64,000 nt of DNA, taken from assembly GCA_963727825.1 (NCBI GenBank), contig CAVSHO010000010.1:96001-160000 (forward strand), in the 5' to 3' direction. Source of the stretch: Ignavibacteriota bacterium. Lineage in GTDB: Bacteria; Bacteroidota; Ignavibacteria; UBA10030. A program made the position numbers and the translations under genes. Positions 9,143 to 19,961 of the stretch are shown one piece after another. The notes beneath the pieces are model-generated. The model ran no database searches. It was not told the DNA's origin and saw only the letters and a list, made by a program, of their open reading frames with translations. Within the stretch, counting starts at the first letter, position 1. Every line of letters begins with the position of its first letter.

Positions 9143-10747
9143 TTAGCTTCTCTTTTGATTCCACCAATGCTCCATTACATCTGTAATATCCGTCTTCTTA
9201 CCAGATTGTTTCCACTTATCGAAGAATTTAACATCCATGCTGTGCGGGGTTGGTTTTGGAAAATCAATTTGTACACGTTGCGGGATTGGAATAGCATCTC
9301 CAATAATAATTGCCTCACCCTGACGTAAAAGTGGAACGACACTATCCAAGCCACTAAATGAATCAGGTACAAGGCGGCGGATATATGCCTGATCTGTTGG
9401 GTTGAGAAGTCGTAGGATTATAAAATTGTTGCATTGCGAAAGAATCGTTTCTGATATATCCGACGGCCGTTGACTGACAATCATACAGCTAACGCCATAT
9501 TTTCTTCCTTCTTTTGCTATTCGCTCAACCGTGCGTCGCGCTGCTTTCGATCCATCTGTTGAGGTCGAGAGATAATTGTGTGCTTCTTCAAAAACAAGCA
9601 GTATCGGTAAATCATTTCGTTGAGGATTCCAAAAGTTAAAATCGAAAGTCGCTCGCGCTATGAGAGCTGAAATTGTCTTTACAACGTCGGAAGGCACGCC
9701 GCTCATATCCCAAATCGTGATCCTCGCCTTGCTGGCAAGTCCAAACAATGTCATAAATAACGGAACTACAGATTCTGTCTCTACGCAAATATTGGGTTGA
9801 AACATAAATGCATAACGAGGGTCGTTCATTTTATTATCGAGGCGTATCAATAAACGAGAAAATTTGCCGAAATATGTTCCTTCTTTCATTCCGACTGGAC
9901 TTGTAATCTTTTCAGTATCCATAAAATGCAGCTTCGAACGAATTTCTTTTAAATCGTAAGCTACCGGTGAATCGATCGTAATGACATCCGCAAGTGTTGG
10001 ATTCTTCGCTTTCTTCGCAGCGTAAATAAGATCCTGCAAAACAGCTCCTTGGATCGATGCATTTTCATCTGACGGTTCAACAAACATTTCTAACATCTCT
10101 TCAGCGTTCATCAGCCAGAATGGAAGTTCCAGCGATGCGATCTCACAATACTGTCCAGTTTCGGGAAATGCTTGTCGATATTCATTGTGAAGATCGAGTA
10201 AAACAATATGCGTATCCGCGAATTGAGCAACTTTTTGGAGAATGGAAGCGACAGAATATGACTTGCCGGCACCACTTGAGCCAAGAACTGCAAGATGTTT
10301 TCCAAAAAATTTATTCGGGTCCAAGTATGCACGCTCATTTTCGAATAGCGAAAGCTGCCCGACAGAGAAATTGTATTGCTGATATGCGGCAAATATTGAT
10401 TTAATGTCTTTATCTTCCAATAAATAGACGATCATATCAACCGTAGGCATAACCGAGACGCCAGTCTCATATTTTCCTTTCCGAATTGTCCCTACTAGTG
10501 TTACTGTCATCAAATATCGAATAAAACTTACTCCATCTTCACGGGTCTCTTCTTTCTTGATACCTGAAACCATGCCGATAATATAAATGGCACCAATAGG
10601 AATTAGCACATAGGAGCCGATCTGGCCGATATAATAAATCCTTTCACCGATCTTCTTGGTCATATTCGTAATTTCTCTGTCAAGAAGAACAACGATTGTT
10701 GCATTGACAACTTCTTTCACAATCCCTAGCTGTTTTTGTTCCCACAT
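9143..10747 (-). CDS. HerA/FtsK-superfamily ATPase (DUF87 type) with N-terminal HAS-barrel-like domain
   Basis: Walker A GSSGAGKS, LLDLHNEY, Walker B LLVFEEAH, IAKEGRKYG and SQRPS motifs. Confidence 0.88.
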   Translation of the reverse strand: MWEQKQLGIVKEVVNATIVVLLDREITNMTKKIGERIYYIGQIGSYVLIPIGAIYIIGMVSGIKKEETREDGVSFIRYLMTVTLVGTIRKGKYETGVSVMPTVDMIVYLLEDKDIKSIFAAYQQYNFSVGQLSLFENERAYLDPNKFFGKHLAVLGSSGAGKSYSVASILQKVAQFADTHIVLLDLHNEYRQAFPETGQYCEIASLELPFWLMNAEEMLEMFVEPSDENASIQGAVLQDLIYAAKKAKNPTLADVITIDSPVAYDLKEIRSKLHFMDTEKITSPVGMKEGTYFGKFSRLLIRLDNKMNDPRYAFMFQPNICVETESVVPLFMTLFGLASKARITIWDMSGVPSDVVKTISALIARATFDFNFWNPQRNDLPILLVFEEAHNYLSTSTDGSKAARRTVERIAKEGRKYGVSCMIVSQRPSDISETILSQCNNFIILRLLNPTDQAYIRRLVPDSFSGLDSVVPLLRQGEAIIIGDAIPIPQRVQIDFPKPTPHSMDVKFFDKWKQSGKKTDITDVMEHWWNQKRS

Positions 10748-10787
10748 AGTCTTTCCCGGTTATTTAGACGTTAAAGAAGATGTCCTC

Positions 10788-11912
10788 TTAGTTTTCACCA
10801 GGAGGATTCACTGGCAGTGTGAAACGAAATACTGTCAATTTTTTAGGCTCACTTTCCGCCGTAATACTGCCGCCATGTGCTTCAACAATTAGTTTACAGA
10901 TTGCAAGTCCTAACCCGGTTCCTTTTGCCTGCACAATTTCTGAAGCAATTCCTTGTTTGTAACGTTCGAAAATCGTTGGTAATTCTTCCGGTAGGATTCC
11001 TATGCCGGTGTTACTAATAGCCGTCCATACACATTCACCTGCATTAGTGCTCTCATGCATTTTTCCTATTACAATCTGAACAGTTCCGTTTGATGAAGTG
11101 AATTTTAGCGCATTGCTGAGAATATTAGCAAATACTTGCGATATTTTATTTGCATCAGCAGAAATAAGTGGCAGATTGTCTTCAAGCACGAGCTTGATGT
11201 GAATACTCTTCTGTTTGAATTGAGGATTCATCTGTTTCATTATTCTATCTGCTATTTTGCCAATGCTAACAAGGTCGCGGCTCAAATTCATCTTACCGGC
11301 CTCAAACTTTGAAAGATCGAGCATATCATTAATCAAATGGAGTAATCGTTTGGTAGCTTCTTCCGCGGATGTGAGCAATTCCCGATGTACTTCTTGTATC
11401 GGTTCGCCCCTGAGCAATGGTTCTTCTAATAACTCAAGTATACTGCTGACACCACCTATTGGACTCCGCATATCGTGTATGAGCATTGCCATAAAGTCTG
11501 CTTTTGTTCGCTCAAGTTCAATTTCCATTTTCTTGAGTCGAACGAGTGAACGCGCGCGCACTAATAATTCGTCTGTGTCAATAGGCTTGGTTAAATACTC
11601 TTCTGCCCCAAGTAAAAGACCTTGTTCAATACTTAAAGCGTCTTTTCTTTTCGCCGTGAGAAAGATTACGGGAATATCAGCACTTTTTTTTGATGCACGC
11701 AGATGTTTCAGCGTCTCAAACCCATCCATCTCTGGCATTTGAATATCTAAAAGAATGACATCAGGATGATGCTGTGCTGCAAGTTGCAGACATTCTTTGC
11801 CGCTGCTCGCACGCAGCATTCGAACCGGTTTCCGCTTGAGAGCAAATTCGAGCAAATCAAGGTTATCCTCTGTGTCATCCACAACGAGAATAGTAGGTTC
11901 AATAGTTTCCAT
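10788..11912 (-). CDS. hybrid response regulator-histidine kinase (REC-HisKA-HATPase)
   Basis: LVVDD/LLDIQMP receiver, HDMRSP H-box, NALKFT N-box, GTGLGL G2-box. Confidence 0.93.
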   Translation of the reverse strand: METIEPTILVVDDTEDNLDLLEFALKRKPVRMLRASSGKECLQLAAQHHPDVILLDIQMPEMDGFETLKHLRASKKSADIPVIFLTAKRKDALSIEQGLLLGAEEYLTKPIDTDELLVRARSLVRLKKMEIELERTKADFMAMLIHDMRSPIGGVSSILELLEEPLLRGEPIQEVHRELLTSAEEATKRLLHLINDMLDLSKFEAGKMNLSRDLVSIGKIADRIMKQMNPQFKQKSIHIKLVLEDNLPLISADANKISQVFANILSNALKFTSSNGTVQIVIGKMHESTNAGECVWTAISNTGIGILPEELPTIFERYKQGIASEIVQAKGTGLGLAICKLIVEAHGGSITAESEPKKLTVFRFTLPVNPPGEN

Positions 11913-11931
11913 AGAATATTCCGCTCTTTCT

Positions 11932-14799
11932 TTATCTATGTGATTGAGAAATAATTTTTTTAATCGTACTCGAAATAAGTTCCTTCGAGAAGTGTCCTTT
12001 ATCTATAAAATCTTGAATGTTTCTATTCAAATTTCGGCGTTGATCGATTGTAATATCGGCTCCTGATAGAATCACAATCGGAAGATTGTGCCATCGTTCT
12101 TGAGACCGCAACTGTTCAACAACTGCAAATCCATCGATACCTGGCATTATAAGATCGAGAATTATTAATGATGGATTAATGGTTTCAATATTCTTCAGTG
12201 AATCTTCACCGCTATACAAAGCTACAGCTTTATATCCTTCAACTTCAAGTAAAATCTTTAACGAATCGGCAAAATCTTGGTTATCATCGACGATCATAAT
12301 TGGCTGTTTGCTGGAATGGCAAGCGCGATCTACAATACTTAATATTTCCTTTGGTTCAGAAGGTTTTGTAACTACTTCCAGTGCACCAAGTGAAAGCGCC
12401 AGTGGACGATTTTCGACCACTGAATGAATGATAACAGGAATATCGCTCGTTTCTGGATTGCTTTTTAATTCCCGCAATACTTGCCAGCCATCCTTCTCCG
12501 GCATCATAATATCCAAGGTAATAACTGCGGGATGGAGTTCCTGTGCCAATCGAATGCCTTCATCTCCAGAATTAACACCTCTGACAGAATATCCTTCCGG
12601 AATCAAATAGCGACGGAGCAAATCAATAACTTCTGGATCATCATCTATACAGAGGACAAGAACGCCGGTTGATGATGCAGGCGATTTTTCTGATACAGAT
12701 TTTGAAGTTAGTTCAACAACAGCACTTTTTATAGCCGGCGTTTCGTCAATTGGTTTTGGTAACCTTTCATCAGGAATCACCGGAGGAATCACCAGAGTGA
12801 AAGTAGAACCCTTTCCGAATTCACTACGCACTGTCAAGTTTCCACCAAGAAGGAGAGCATATTTCTTAGCAATCGCGAGACCCAACCCAGTGCCTTTGTA
12901 CTTTCTAGCATTACTCGAATCTATCTGCTGAAACTCCTCAAACACTCGGTCAAGATTCTGTGCTTCAATACCAATACCGTCATCTTTGACAGAAATTGAA
13001 ATCATACTATTATGTTTTTTAGCAGTAACTGTAATAGCCCCATGCTCTGTGAACTTCGCAGCATTACTCAAGAGGTTCAAGAGGATTTGCTTAACCTTGA
13101 GTGTATCAGTATTTAACATTGGCAAATCCGGTTCAATTTCTTGCAAAAGCTTTACGTCTTTCCCCATCAACATAGGTTCAACGGTCACCATTGCATTTGA
13201 GACGATATTCGCAACTTCATCTGAACTCATATTGATTGGCGTTCTGCCTGCTTCAATTTTTGAGAAATCAAGAATATCGTTAATGAGCTCAAGCAAGTGC
13301 TTACCGTTCTTTAAAACTTTTTCTAATGCCTTTGCTTGATCGGCAGTAAGTGGATCACCCTGTTGTGCCAGTAAAACTGATGTAAAGCCGATAATGGAAT
13401 TCAGAGGAGTTCGTAATTCATGAGACATGTTCGAAAGGAAGTCAGACTTTACCCGATACGCTTTCTGTAATTCCGCATTTTTGCTATTTAGTTCATTATT
13501 CTTTGTTGCAATTTCGCTTGAAAGTTTCTTTGTTGATTCTAGATTCATAGCATTGGTAATTGCGACACCGATTTGCGGAGCGGAATTATCCATAAGCTCT
13601 CGCCTTTGTACATCAAAGGATTTCATTGATCCCAATACAATCACACCAATAAGATTTTCTTGGAATAAAACAGGTACCGCCAGAATGTATGCAGGGACAA
13701 CATTCACGAGACCCGTATCAATTATAAAATCCTTAGCGGCAACGAAATCGCTGATTTCAATAGTTTGCTTCATCGCGGCACACTGGCCTGGGATTCCTTC
13801 CCCCATTTTGTACTCTATTCTATTATTGACGTTTTGAAGGGCGTATCCACTGACTAACCTTAATATCTTTGAATCAGTATCAAGAAGATACAGTGCACCA
13901 ATAGAAGCACCAGTGTGCAAACACAATATTTGCAAACTGGCTTGTTCTAAGGTTGTTAAAGATTCATGCTCGTTCAACGCTGTTAATATTTCTGAATATG
14001 CTGTTAAACGGTTGTAATTATTTTGAAGCATTTTGGACATTTGGTTGAAATCATTCGCCAAATCTCCAAACTCATCTCGTTGGCGCAGCATAATAGGCTC
14101 ATAAATACCTTTCATAATATTCTGCGTACCACCGCGTAATCGTTCTACTGGTTTTGTAATAGATCGTGTCAAGATAAAACCGAGAGCGATAGCAAAAATT
14201 GCAATTAGCACATTCACCAAAACAACAAACGATGCTATATTCTTTGACAAGCCAATAGAGTACTCAATATTCTTCGGCACTGATGTCAATCGTTGTTGAT
14301 ATAATGTACGTATCAGCGTTTGAGCTGTTTCAAGATACCGATTCAACGATTGTTGACGACCTAAGGAACTAATCTCCTTTCCAAGTTCATCACTCTTCAG
14401 ACCAGAAGAAGCAAGTAATATCTTTTTTTCTCCAATATTTGTAACCCAAGCATAGAAGGAAGTTCGTATTTGTTTCAATGTTTGCAGATTGATCGAATCA
14501 ACATAGCTTTTCTGAAGGGCAACAATTTCATTATCAAATTCCTTTAGACACTCATCGTATGCAGTTCTTTTCTCTGGAAGACCCGTGTACATATATCCAT
14601 CGGCAGTGGATTGGATATCGACGATCAAATCCCTCATACGATCCAAGTTGGATGTCGTTGTTATATCTACGGATGCTTGAGAATATTTTTCCTGAATTTG
14701 CAACAAAAAGTAGCGAGTAACATATGTAGTAGCGGAAAGAATAATTAGGAGAAGAGCGAAATAGAAGGTCACTTTCCAAAACAATTTAGAAGAAAACAT
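11932..14799 (-). CDS. membrane hybrid sensor kinase (periplasmic sensor-HAMP-GAF-HisKA-HATPase-REC-REC)
   Basis: Two TM segments, HAMP (DEFGDLANDFN), GAF (GEGIPGQCA), SHELRTPL, NAAKFT, two receiver domains. Confidence 0.93.
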   Translation of the reverse strand: MFSSKLFWKVTFYFALLLIILSATTYVTRYFLLQIQEKYSQASVDITTTSNLDRMRDLIVDIQSTADGYMYTGLPEKRTAYDECLKEFDNEIVALQKSYVDSINLQTLKQIRTSFYAWVTNIGEKKILLASSGLKSDELGKEISSLGRQQSLNRYLETAQTLIRTLYQQRLTSVPKNIEYSIGLSKNIASFVVLVNVLIAIFAIALGFILTRSITKPVERLRGGTQNIMKGIYEPIMLRQRDEFGDLANDFNQMSKMLQNNYNRLTAYSEILTALNEHESLTTLEQASLQILCLHTGASIGALYLLDTDSKILRLVSGYALQNVNNRIEYKMGEGIPGQCAAMKQTIEISDFVAAKDFIIDTGLVNVVPAYILAVPVLFQENLIGVIVLGSMKSFDVQRRELMDNSAPQIGVAITNAMNLESTKKLSSEIATKNNELNSKNAELQKAYRVKSDFLSNMSHELRTPLNSIIGFTSVLLAQQGDPLTADQAKALEKVLKNGKHLLELINDILDFSKIEAGRTPINMSSDEVANIVSNAMVTVEPMLMGKDVKLLQEIEPDLPMLNTDTLKVKQILLNLLSNAAKFTEHGAITVTAKKHNSMISISVKDDGIGIEAQNLDRVFEEFQQIDSSNARKYKGTGLGLAIAKKYALLLGGNLTVRSEFGKGSTFTLVIPPVIPDERLPKPIDETPAIKSAVVELTSKSVSEKSPASSTGVLVLCIDDDPEVIDLLRRYLIPEGYSVRGVNSGDEGIRLAQELHPAVITLDIMMPEKDGWQVLRELKSNPETSDIPVIIHSVVENRPLALSLGALEVVTKPSEPKEILSIVDRACHSSKQPIMIVDDNQDFADSLKILLEVEGYKAVALYSGEDSLKNIETINPSLIILDLIMPGIDGFAVVEQLRSQERWHNLPIVILSGADITIDQRRNLNRNIQDFIDKGHFSKELISSTIKKIISQSHR

Positions 14800-15301
14800 A
14801 AAAACCTCATTATAACAAATGCATTATGATTACAAAATTGTAATATTTACTTCCGGTAAAAATAGATGCTACACTTCAGAATATTTTAATTTAGTTATAA
14901 TATATCCGGCCAATGCCACTTGGTCGTTTTTTTTCAATAATAAACTCTGTATATGTAACTATCGGCAGTAGTATCCTTGTCAATTTACAGCAAGGCACGT
15001 CGAAATGCAAGTACATATCTTGATGTTGGATTTGATGCAAAAACCAAGATTAGAAGAATCAACAATAGGATAATAATAAGCGAAGAAATGCACAGCATTA
15101 AGATAAAGAACTGGCAATTATCTTCTGATGAATCTTTTCGTTATCATTTTTTCTATCGTCCCATTCGAGTTTTGCCGTCACTTAACGCTTGCTTTTCCCC
15201 TTCCTTTATAATAATACTCTTGTCACCACTATATGATTATGCCTACCATAGATGAGCATCTTTTTTGCTATAATAATCACTGCACTAAAAAACCATCCAT
15301 T

Positions 15302-16711
15302 TTAAAAACCAAAATATTTTTTTGCATTATTGTAACTAATATCCTCAACTAAACCACCGATGAGTTTTAGATCATTTGGAATGAGACCCTTTTCGATTTC
15401 ACTGCCCAAAATATTGCATAATAACCGCCGAAAATATTCATGGCGTGGATATGAGAGAAAACTTCTTGAATCCGTAAGCATACCGACAAATTGACTCAAT
15501 ATGCTTTGATTAGAAAGTGTGTCAATTTGTTTTCGCATTCCGTCTAGTTGATCAAGGAACCACCAACTCGAACCATATTGCAATTTACCAGCAACGCTTC
15601 CATCCTGGAAATTTCCAATCATAGTTGCTATTAATTCGTTATCTCTAGGATTAAGATTGTAGATGATCGTCTTGGGAAGCTTATTTTCTATGTCCAGCCT
15701 ATCAAGAAATTTTGCCAACGATCTCGCAATTTCAAAATCACCGATAGAATCGTAACCGGTATCAGGGCCAAGCGCGCGCATCATACGGGTATTGTTGTTT
15801 CGCAAAGCGCCCAGATGAAGCTGCTGAATCCACCCTCGCTCACAATCCATTAGACCAAATTCATGCAACATTGCCGATTTGAATTTCAATATTTCAATCA
15901 AATCAAGATTTTTTCTCTTACGTAGCTTCTTGAAAATAGATTTGATTTCCGATTCCGTATAATCTTCGGCATATATTGTCTCAAGGCCATGATCCGAAAC
16001 TCGGCAGCCATGTAAATGGAAGAAAGCATGTCTCGCACGAATCGCCGTAATCAATGAATCAAAGTCTTTTATATCAACTCCTGATGCAGTTTCTAATTTC
16101 TGGATGTAGGATAGGAATGCTTCCACATTTTCCACTGCCATAGCTTTGTCCGGGCGGAAAGCAGGCAGCATCTTCGTGAAACCATTTCCTTCCTTTGCAT
16201 ATGCCTCGTGATATTCAAGAGAATCAATCGGATCGTCAGTCGTACAAATCACCTCGACATTCATCCGTTTTGCAATTCCCTGTGTTGTAAAACCTGGAGT
16301 CGCAAGTTCGGTATTACACTTTTCCCAAATCACTTTTGCCGTTTTCTCATTCAACATCATATCAGAAATTCCGAATGGACGATTCAATTCTAAATGTGTC
16401 CAATGAAACAAAGGATTACGGATAGTCTTAGGCACTGTGCACGCCCACAATTCAAACTTTTCCCAATCCGAAGCATTACCCGTAATGAATCGTTCATCCA
16501 CGCCGCATGTGCGCATTGCCCGCCATTTGTAATGATCTCCGGCAAGCCAGATCTGTGTCATATTTTCAAATTGCCGATTCTGCGCAACTTCTTTTGGCGA
16601 GATATGACAATGGTAGTCAATAATTGGAAGCGACTCCGCAAATGTGTGATAAAGCTTGGATGCGGTTTTAGTGTCCAGCAAGAAATTTTCATGAATAAAC
16701 TTCTTTTTCAT
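15302..16711 (-). CDS. uxaC: glucuronate/galacturonate isomerase
   Basis: IIDYHCH, GDHYKWRAMR, WWFLDQ and DSRSFLSYPRHEYFRR motifs. Confidence 0.96.
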   Translation of the reverse strand: MKKKFIHENFLLDTKTASKLYHTFAESLPIIDYHCHISPKEVAQNRQFENMTQIWLAGDHYKWRAMRTCGVDERFITGNASDWEKFELWACTVPKTIRNPLFHWTHLELNRPFGISDMMLNEKTAKVIWEKCNTELATPGFTTQGIAKRMNVEVICTTDDPIDSLEYHEAYAKEGNGFTKMLPAFRPDKAMAVENVEAFLSYIQKLETASGVDIKDFDSLITAIRARHAFFHLHGCRVSDHGLETIYAEDYTESEIKSIFKKLRKRKNLDLIEILKFKSAMLHEFGLMDCERGWIQQLHLGALRNNNTRMMRALGPDTGYDSIGDFEIARSLAKFLDRLDIENKLPKTIIYNLNPRDNELIATMIGNFQDGSVAGKLQYGSSWWFLDQLDGMRKQIDTLSNQSILSQFVGMLTDSRSFLSYPRHEYFRRLLCNILGSEIEKGLIPNDLKLIGGLVEDISYNNAKKYFGF

Positions 16712-16746
16712 AATACCTTCCTTGTTATTACTTGAACAGCTTTCAA

Positions 16747-17580
16747 CTACTTTAATCCATCCATTGAAACATTGTCCATATCATCAAACACTTGGTTTTC
16801 GCCGCCCATTGCCCAGATAAAGCTGTAGTTTCGCGTGCCACCGCCGGAATGAATAGACCAGCTCGGATTTAACACAGCTTGTTCGTTACGCATTATAATA
16901 TGGCGTGTTTCGTCTGGCTGTCCCATCAAATGCACAACAAGCGCATCCGGTGCAACATTGAAATACATGTACACTTCAGAGCGGCGCTGGTGAGTATGCG
17001 AAGGCATCGTGTTCCAAATGCTTCCTTCTTCGAGTTCTGTTAATCCCATCACCAACTGACAACTTTGTATACCTTTGGCATGGATCATCCTATTTAAGGT
17101 CCGTTTATTTGCATCCTTTTGACTTCCAAGGTAGGCATGTTCGGCATCGGCAAGCGAAGCGTGTGTGGTTGGATATTCTTTATGCGCAGGATAACTGACA
17201 AAATAGAATTTTGCCGGTGACTTCGAGGACTTGCTTGCGAAGGTCACTTCTTTTGTACCGCGCCCGATGTAAAGCACATCCTTTAATGCCATTCTAAATT
17301 CTTTACCATCAACCGTGATCGTACCATCACCACCGATGTTAATAACACCAACTTCGCGTCGTTCGCAGAAATTTTCTGCCGACATTTCTTTTTTTGTAGC
17401 AAGCAGTTTCAATTTTACTTTCACCGGTACAGCAGAACCGGTAATCGAACGATCGATATCAGAATACGTCATCGGTACTTTATCCGGCACGAAGAGATTA
17501 TTAATTAAATATGCCTTACGCAATTCTTCGGTCGTCATCTTTTGAAACCCTTGCGGGTCTGTTGAATATCTCACATCCAT
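16747..17580 (-). CDS. kduI: 5-dehydro-4-deoxy-D-glucuronate isomerase
   Basis: ERREVGVINIGG, SCQLVMG, WNTMPSHTH.RRSEVY and SWSIHSG motifs. Confidence 0.95.
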   Translation of the reverse strand: MDVRYSTDPQGFQKMTTEELRKAYLINNLFVPDKVPMTYSDIDRSITGSAVPVKVKLKLLATKKEMSAENFCERREVGVINIGGDGTITVDGKEFRMALKDVLYIGRGTKEVTFASKSSKSPAKFYFVSYPAHKEYPTTHASLADAEHAYLGSQKDANKRTLNRMIHAKGIQSCQLVMGLTELEEGSIWNTMPSHTHQRRSEVYMYFNVAPDALVVHLMGQPDETRHIIMRNEQAVLNPSWSIHSGGGTRNYSFIWAMGGENQVFDDMDNVSMDGLK

Positions 17581-17604
17581 AGTCTTATTTCCTTTTTAAG
17601 GTTC

Positions 17605-18360
17605 TTATCGAGCCATCCAACCGCCATCAACAACAAGGACATGGCCGTTCACATAATCCGATGCAGGTGATGCTAAAAAGATTGCTGCACCCTGCACATC
17701 GGCCGGTAGACCCCAGCGACCTGCAGGAATACGATCTAAAATTGCTTTCGCGCGTTCTTCATCCTGACGCAGTGCTTTTGTGTTGTTTGTTGCCATATAT
17801 CCAGGAGCAATAGCATTGATGGTGATACCATCTTTTGCCCATTCGTTTGCCATCGATTTCGTAATTTGCGCAACTGCGCCTTTGCTCGCTGCATACGATG
17901 GGACAAAAATACCGCCTTGGAACGCCAGCAGCGATGAAATATTGATAATCTTTCCGTACTTGCGCTTGATCATATCACGTGCGCACGCTTGCGAGAGGAA
18001 AAAAACTGTTTTGGAATTTATTTGCATTACTTCATCCCAATCTTTTTCGGAGAAATCTATTGCCGGAGTGCGGCGAATGATTCCGGCATTATTTATCAGT
18101 ATATCGATTTTACCAAATGTTTTTATTGTCTTCTCAACGACCGTTGTGATCGATTCCATTTTCATCAGATCCAATTCCAGCATCAACGTTTTCCTGCCCA
18201 TCTTTTTAATCAATTCCTCTGTTTCGGTAGAAGGAACATAATCTACCAGCACAAGATCCGCTCCGGCTTCTGCTAATCCAAGAGACATCCCTTGTCCTAA
18301 CCCTGTGCTTGAGCCAGTTACAACAGCCACTTTTCCACTTAAATCAAATAGATTGTTCAT
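17605..18360 (-). CDS. kduD: 2-dehydro-3-deoxy-D-gluconate 5-dehydrogenase
   Basis: SDR with NNAGIIRR, YAASK and VDGGWMAR; adjacent to kduI. Confidence 0.92.
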   Translation of the reverse strand: MNNLFDLSGKVAVVTGSSTGLGQGMSLGLAEAGADLVLVDYVPSTETEELIKKMGRKTLMLELDLMKMESITTVVEKTIKTFGKIDILINNAGIIRRTPAIDFSEKDWDEVMQINSKTVFFLSQACARDMIKRKYGKIINISSLLAFQGGIFVPSYAASKGAVAQITKSMANEWAKDGITINAIAPGYMATNNTKALRQDEERAKAILDRIPAGRWGLPADVQGAAIFLASPASDYVNGHVLVVDGGWMAR

Positions 18361-18669
18361 GGTTATTCCTCAACAATAATACGTGCAGAACAAATAATTA
18401 TCCAACTCTGTATTGAAGTATTGAAATTAGCATCAATTCAGCAATCAGTATAATTGCTCACATAAAAATAATATACCAATAATCTTTTTTAAGAGAAATA
18501 GCTACAATTATTGAGAATGCCTGTGCTTTACTCATACAAACCCAAAAAGCAGGCAAATGTTAAAAAAAATCTTGATGCATAAATTAAACTCGTCGCTATC
18601 TTGGCTTTGTCGCTTGTAAAACTATATCGGATCAGCACCAACATGTTCTGTTGCTTTCTATTGTGAACA

Positions 18670-19936
18670 TTAATTGGTTGTAAAATGCCAGATAGGCCCA
18701 CGAAGTGTACCCGTTTCGGTAACTTCATCAACACGCCAGTAGTACACCGTTTTTGTTTTTAGCTTGTCAAAATTAAAAGAAGCAGTTCTTTGGTTCTTTC
18801 TGAACTTTGGAGTTGGGCTATTTCCAAAATACACATTATGCGAGATTGCATTTCTTGCAGCCACCCATTTCAGAGTGACTGATTTATTCTGAATTTGCCT
18901 TGCGCCATCTATTGGCCGCGGTAAAAACACCATCGGCAGAACCGACGGCATTGTTTCTTCCGGATCCCATTTGCCGTCGAATGTCCACTTTGCAGTCGAT
19001 CTCATTTTCTTTCGGAGCGGTTTCGGCTTTTTCTAAATTATCATTGAACCAGGCAAAGTCGCCGCCATCACGGTGACAGTTGAAATAATAGTGCCGGTCC
19101 CCCCATTTCCATATTGTTCTACTACCTTTAGGCCAATAGATTGGAGTATCTGCCATTGCTTTAGAGAACTGGCAATCGAGTAAAAATATTTGTCCATCCC
19201 GATGGTTTCGCCCAAGTGCAAATCCCTGCACGCCATCAAAAGAAGAATATCGAATAACAAATTTCTGCCTCCTATCTGCATCACCGTCGTGCCAGATACT
19301 CGCAGAAAGATTATGTCCGTAAAATCTGCTATCAGTTATGTAGCACCATCCACGCGGGCAGACATAATCTACCCAACCCTCAAAATAACAATTAGCATGG
19401 TAATACATGCCATTCTTTTTATTCCAAAGACTGAGTGTATCTCCGCCATCGGCTATAACATTGCAATTTAAAATTACGATGTGTGTTCCACCACCACGAA
19501 TTGCAAATTGATGTTCTTCGGTATTATGTAAAGAACCATAATTATTATAGACAGTAAGATTAGCCAATGTAATGTCTGTAACGAAAGAATCGATGTTGAC
19601 AACTGCTGTACCCCAGTCCCATCTCATATCCAAAACTGTTTTATTTATATCCATCCTTAGTTGTGCATAGACAATGCGCGTGCTGTCCCGGTCTTCGCCA
19701 ACAAGTGTAATGAAACTTTTGGTTATAAATAACTTTTCGTGGTAAACACCATTACGGATTAGAATTATGACATTCTTTTTATTATCCGCAGGCACGGAAT
19801 CAATCGCATCTTGAATTTTTAAGAACTGTCCGCTTCCATCTTGCGCGACAATTATGTTCGCCTTATCTTTTGCCGACATGAACGAAGAAAATATACAGAC
19901 GACCAGAATGACAATAAAAGCGATTATATTTTTCAT
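18670..19936 (-). CDS. pectinesterase (CE8) with C-terminal FN3-like domain; +1 frameshift near 18995-18998
   Basis: Signal peptide, VAQDGSGQF..IQDAI, GGDTL, YFEGWVDYV, FALGR. Removing one base joins ...KENEI to (T/D)AKWTFDGKWDP of ORF 18670..19005. Confidence 0.8.
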
Positions 19937-19961
19937 ATTATTTCGCCAGAATTAATTCAAT

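Noticed and set aside
14985-15098. 37-aa hydrophobic minus-strand sORF (MLCISSLIIILLL...) and the overlapping + ORF 14977..15255
   Set aside because: No RBS or recognisable family; T-rich intergenic DNA readily yields such peptides.
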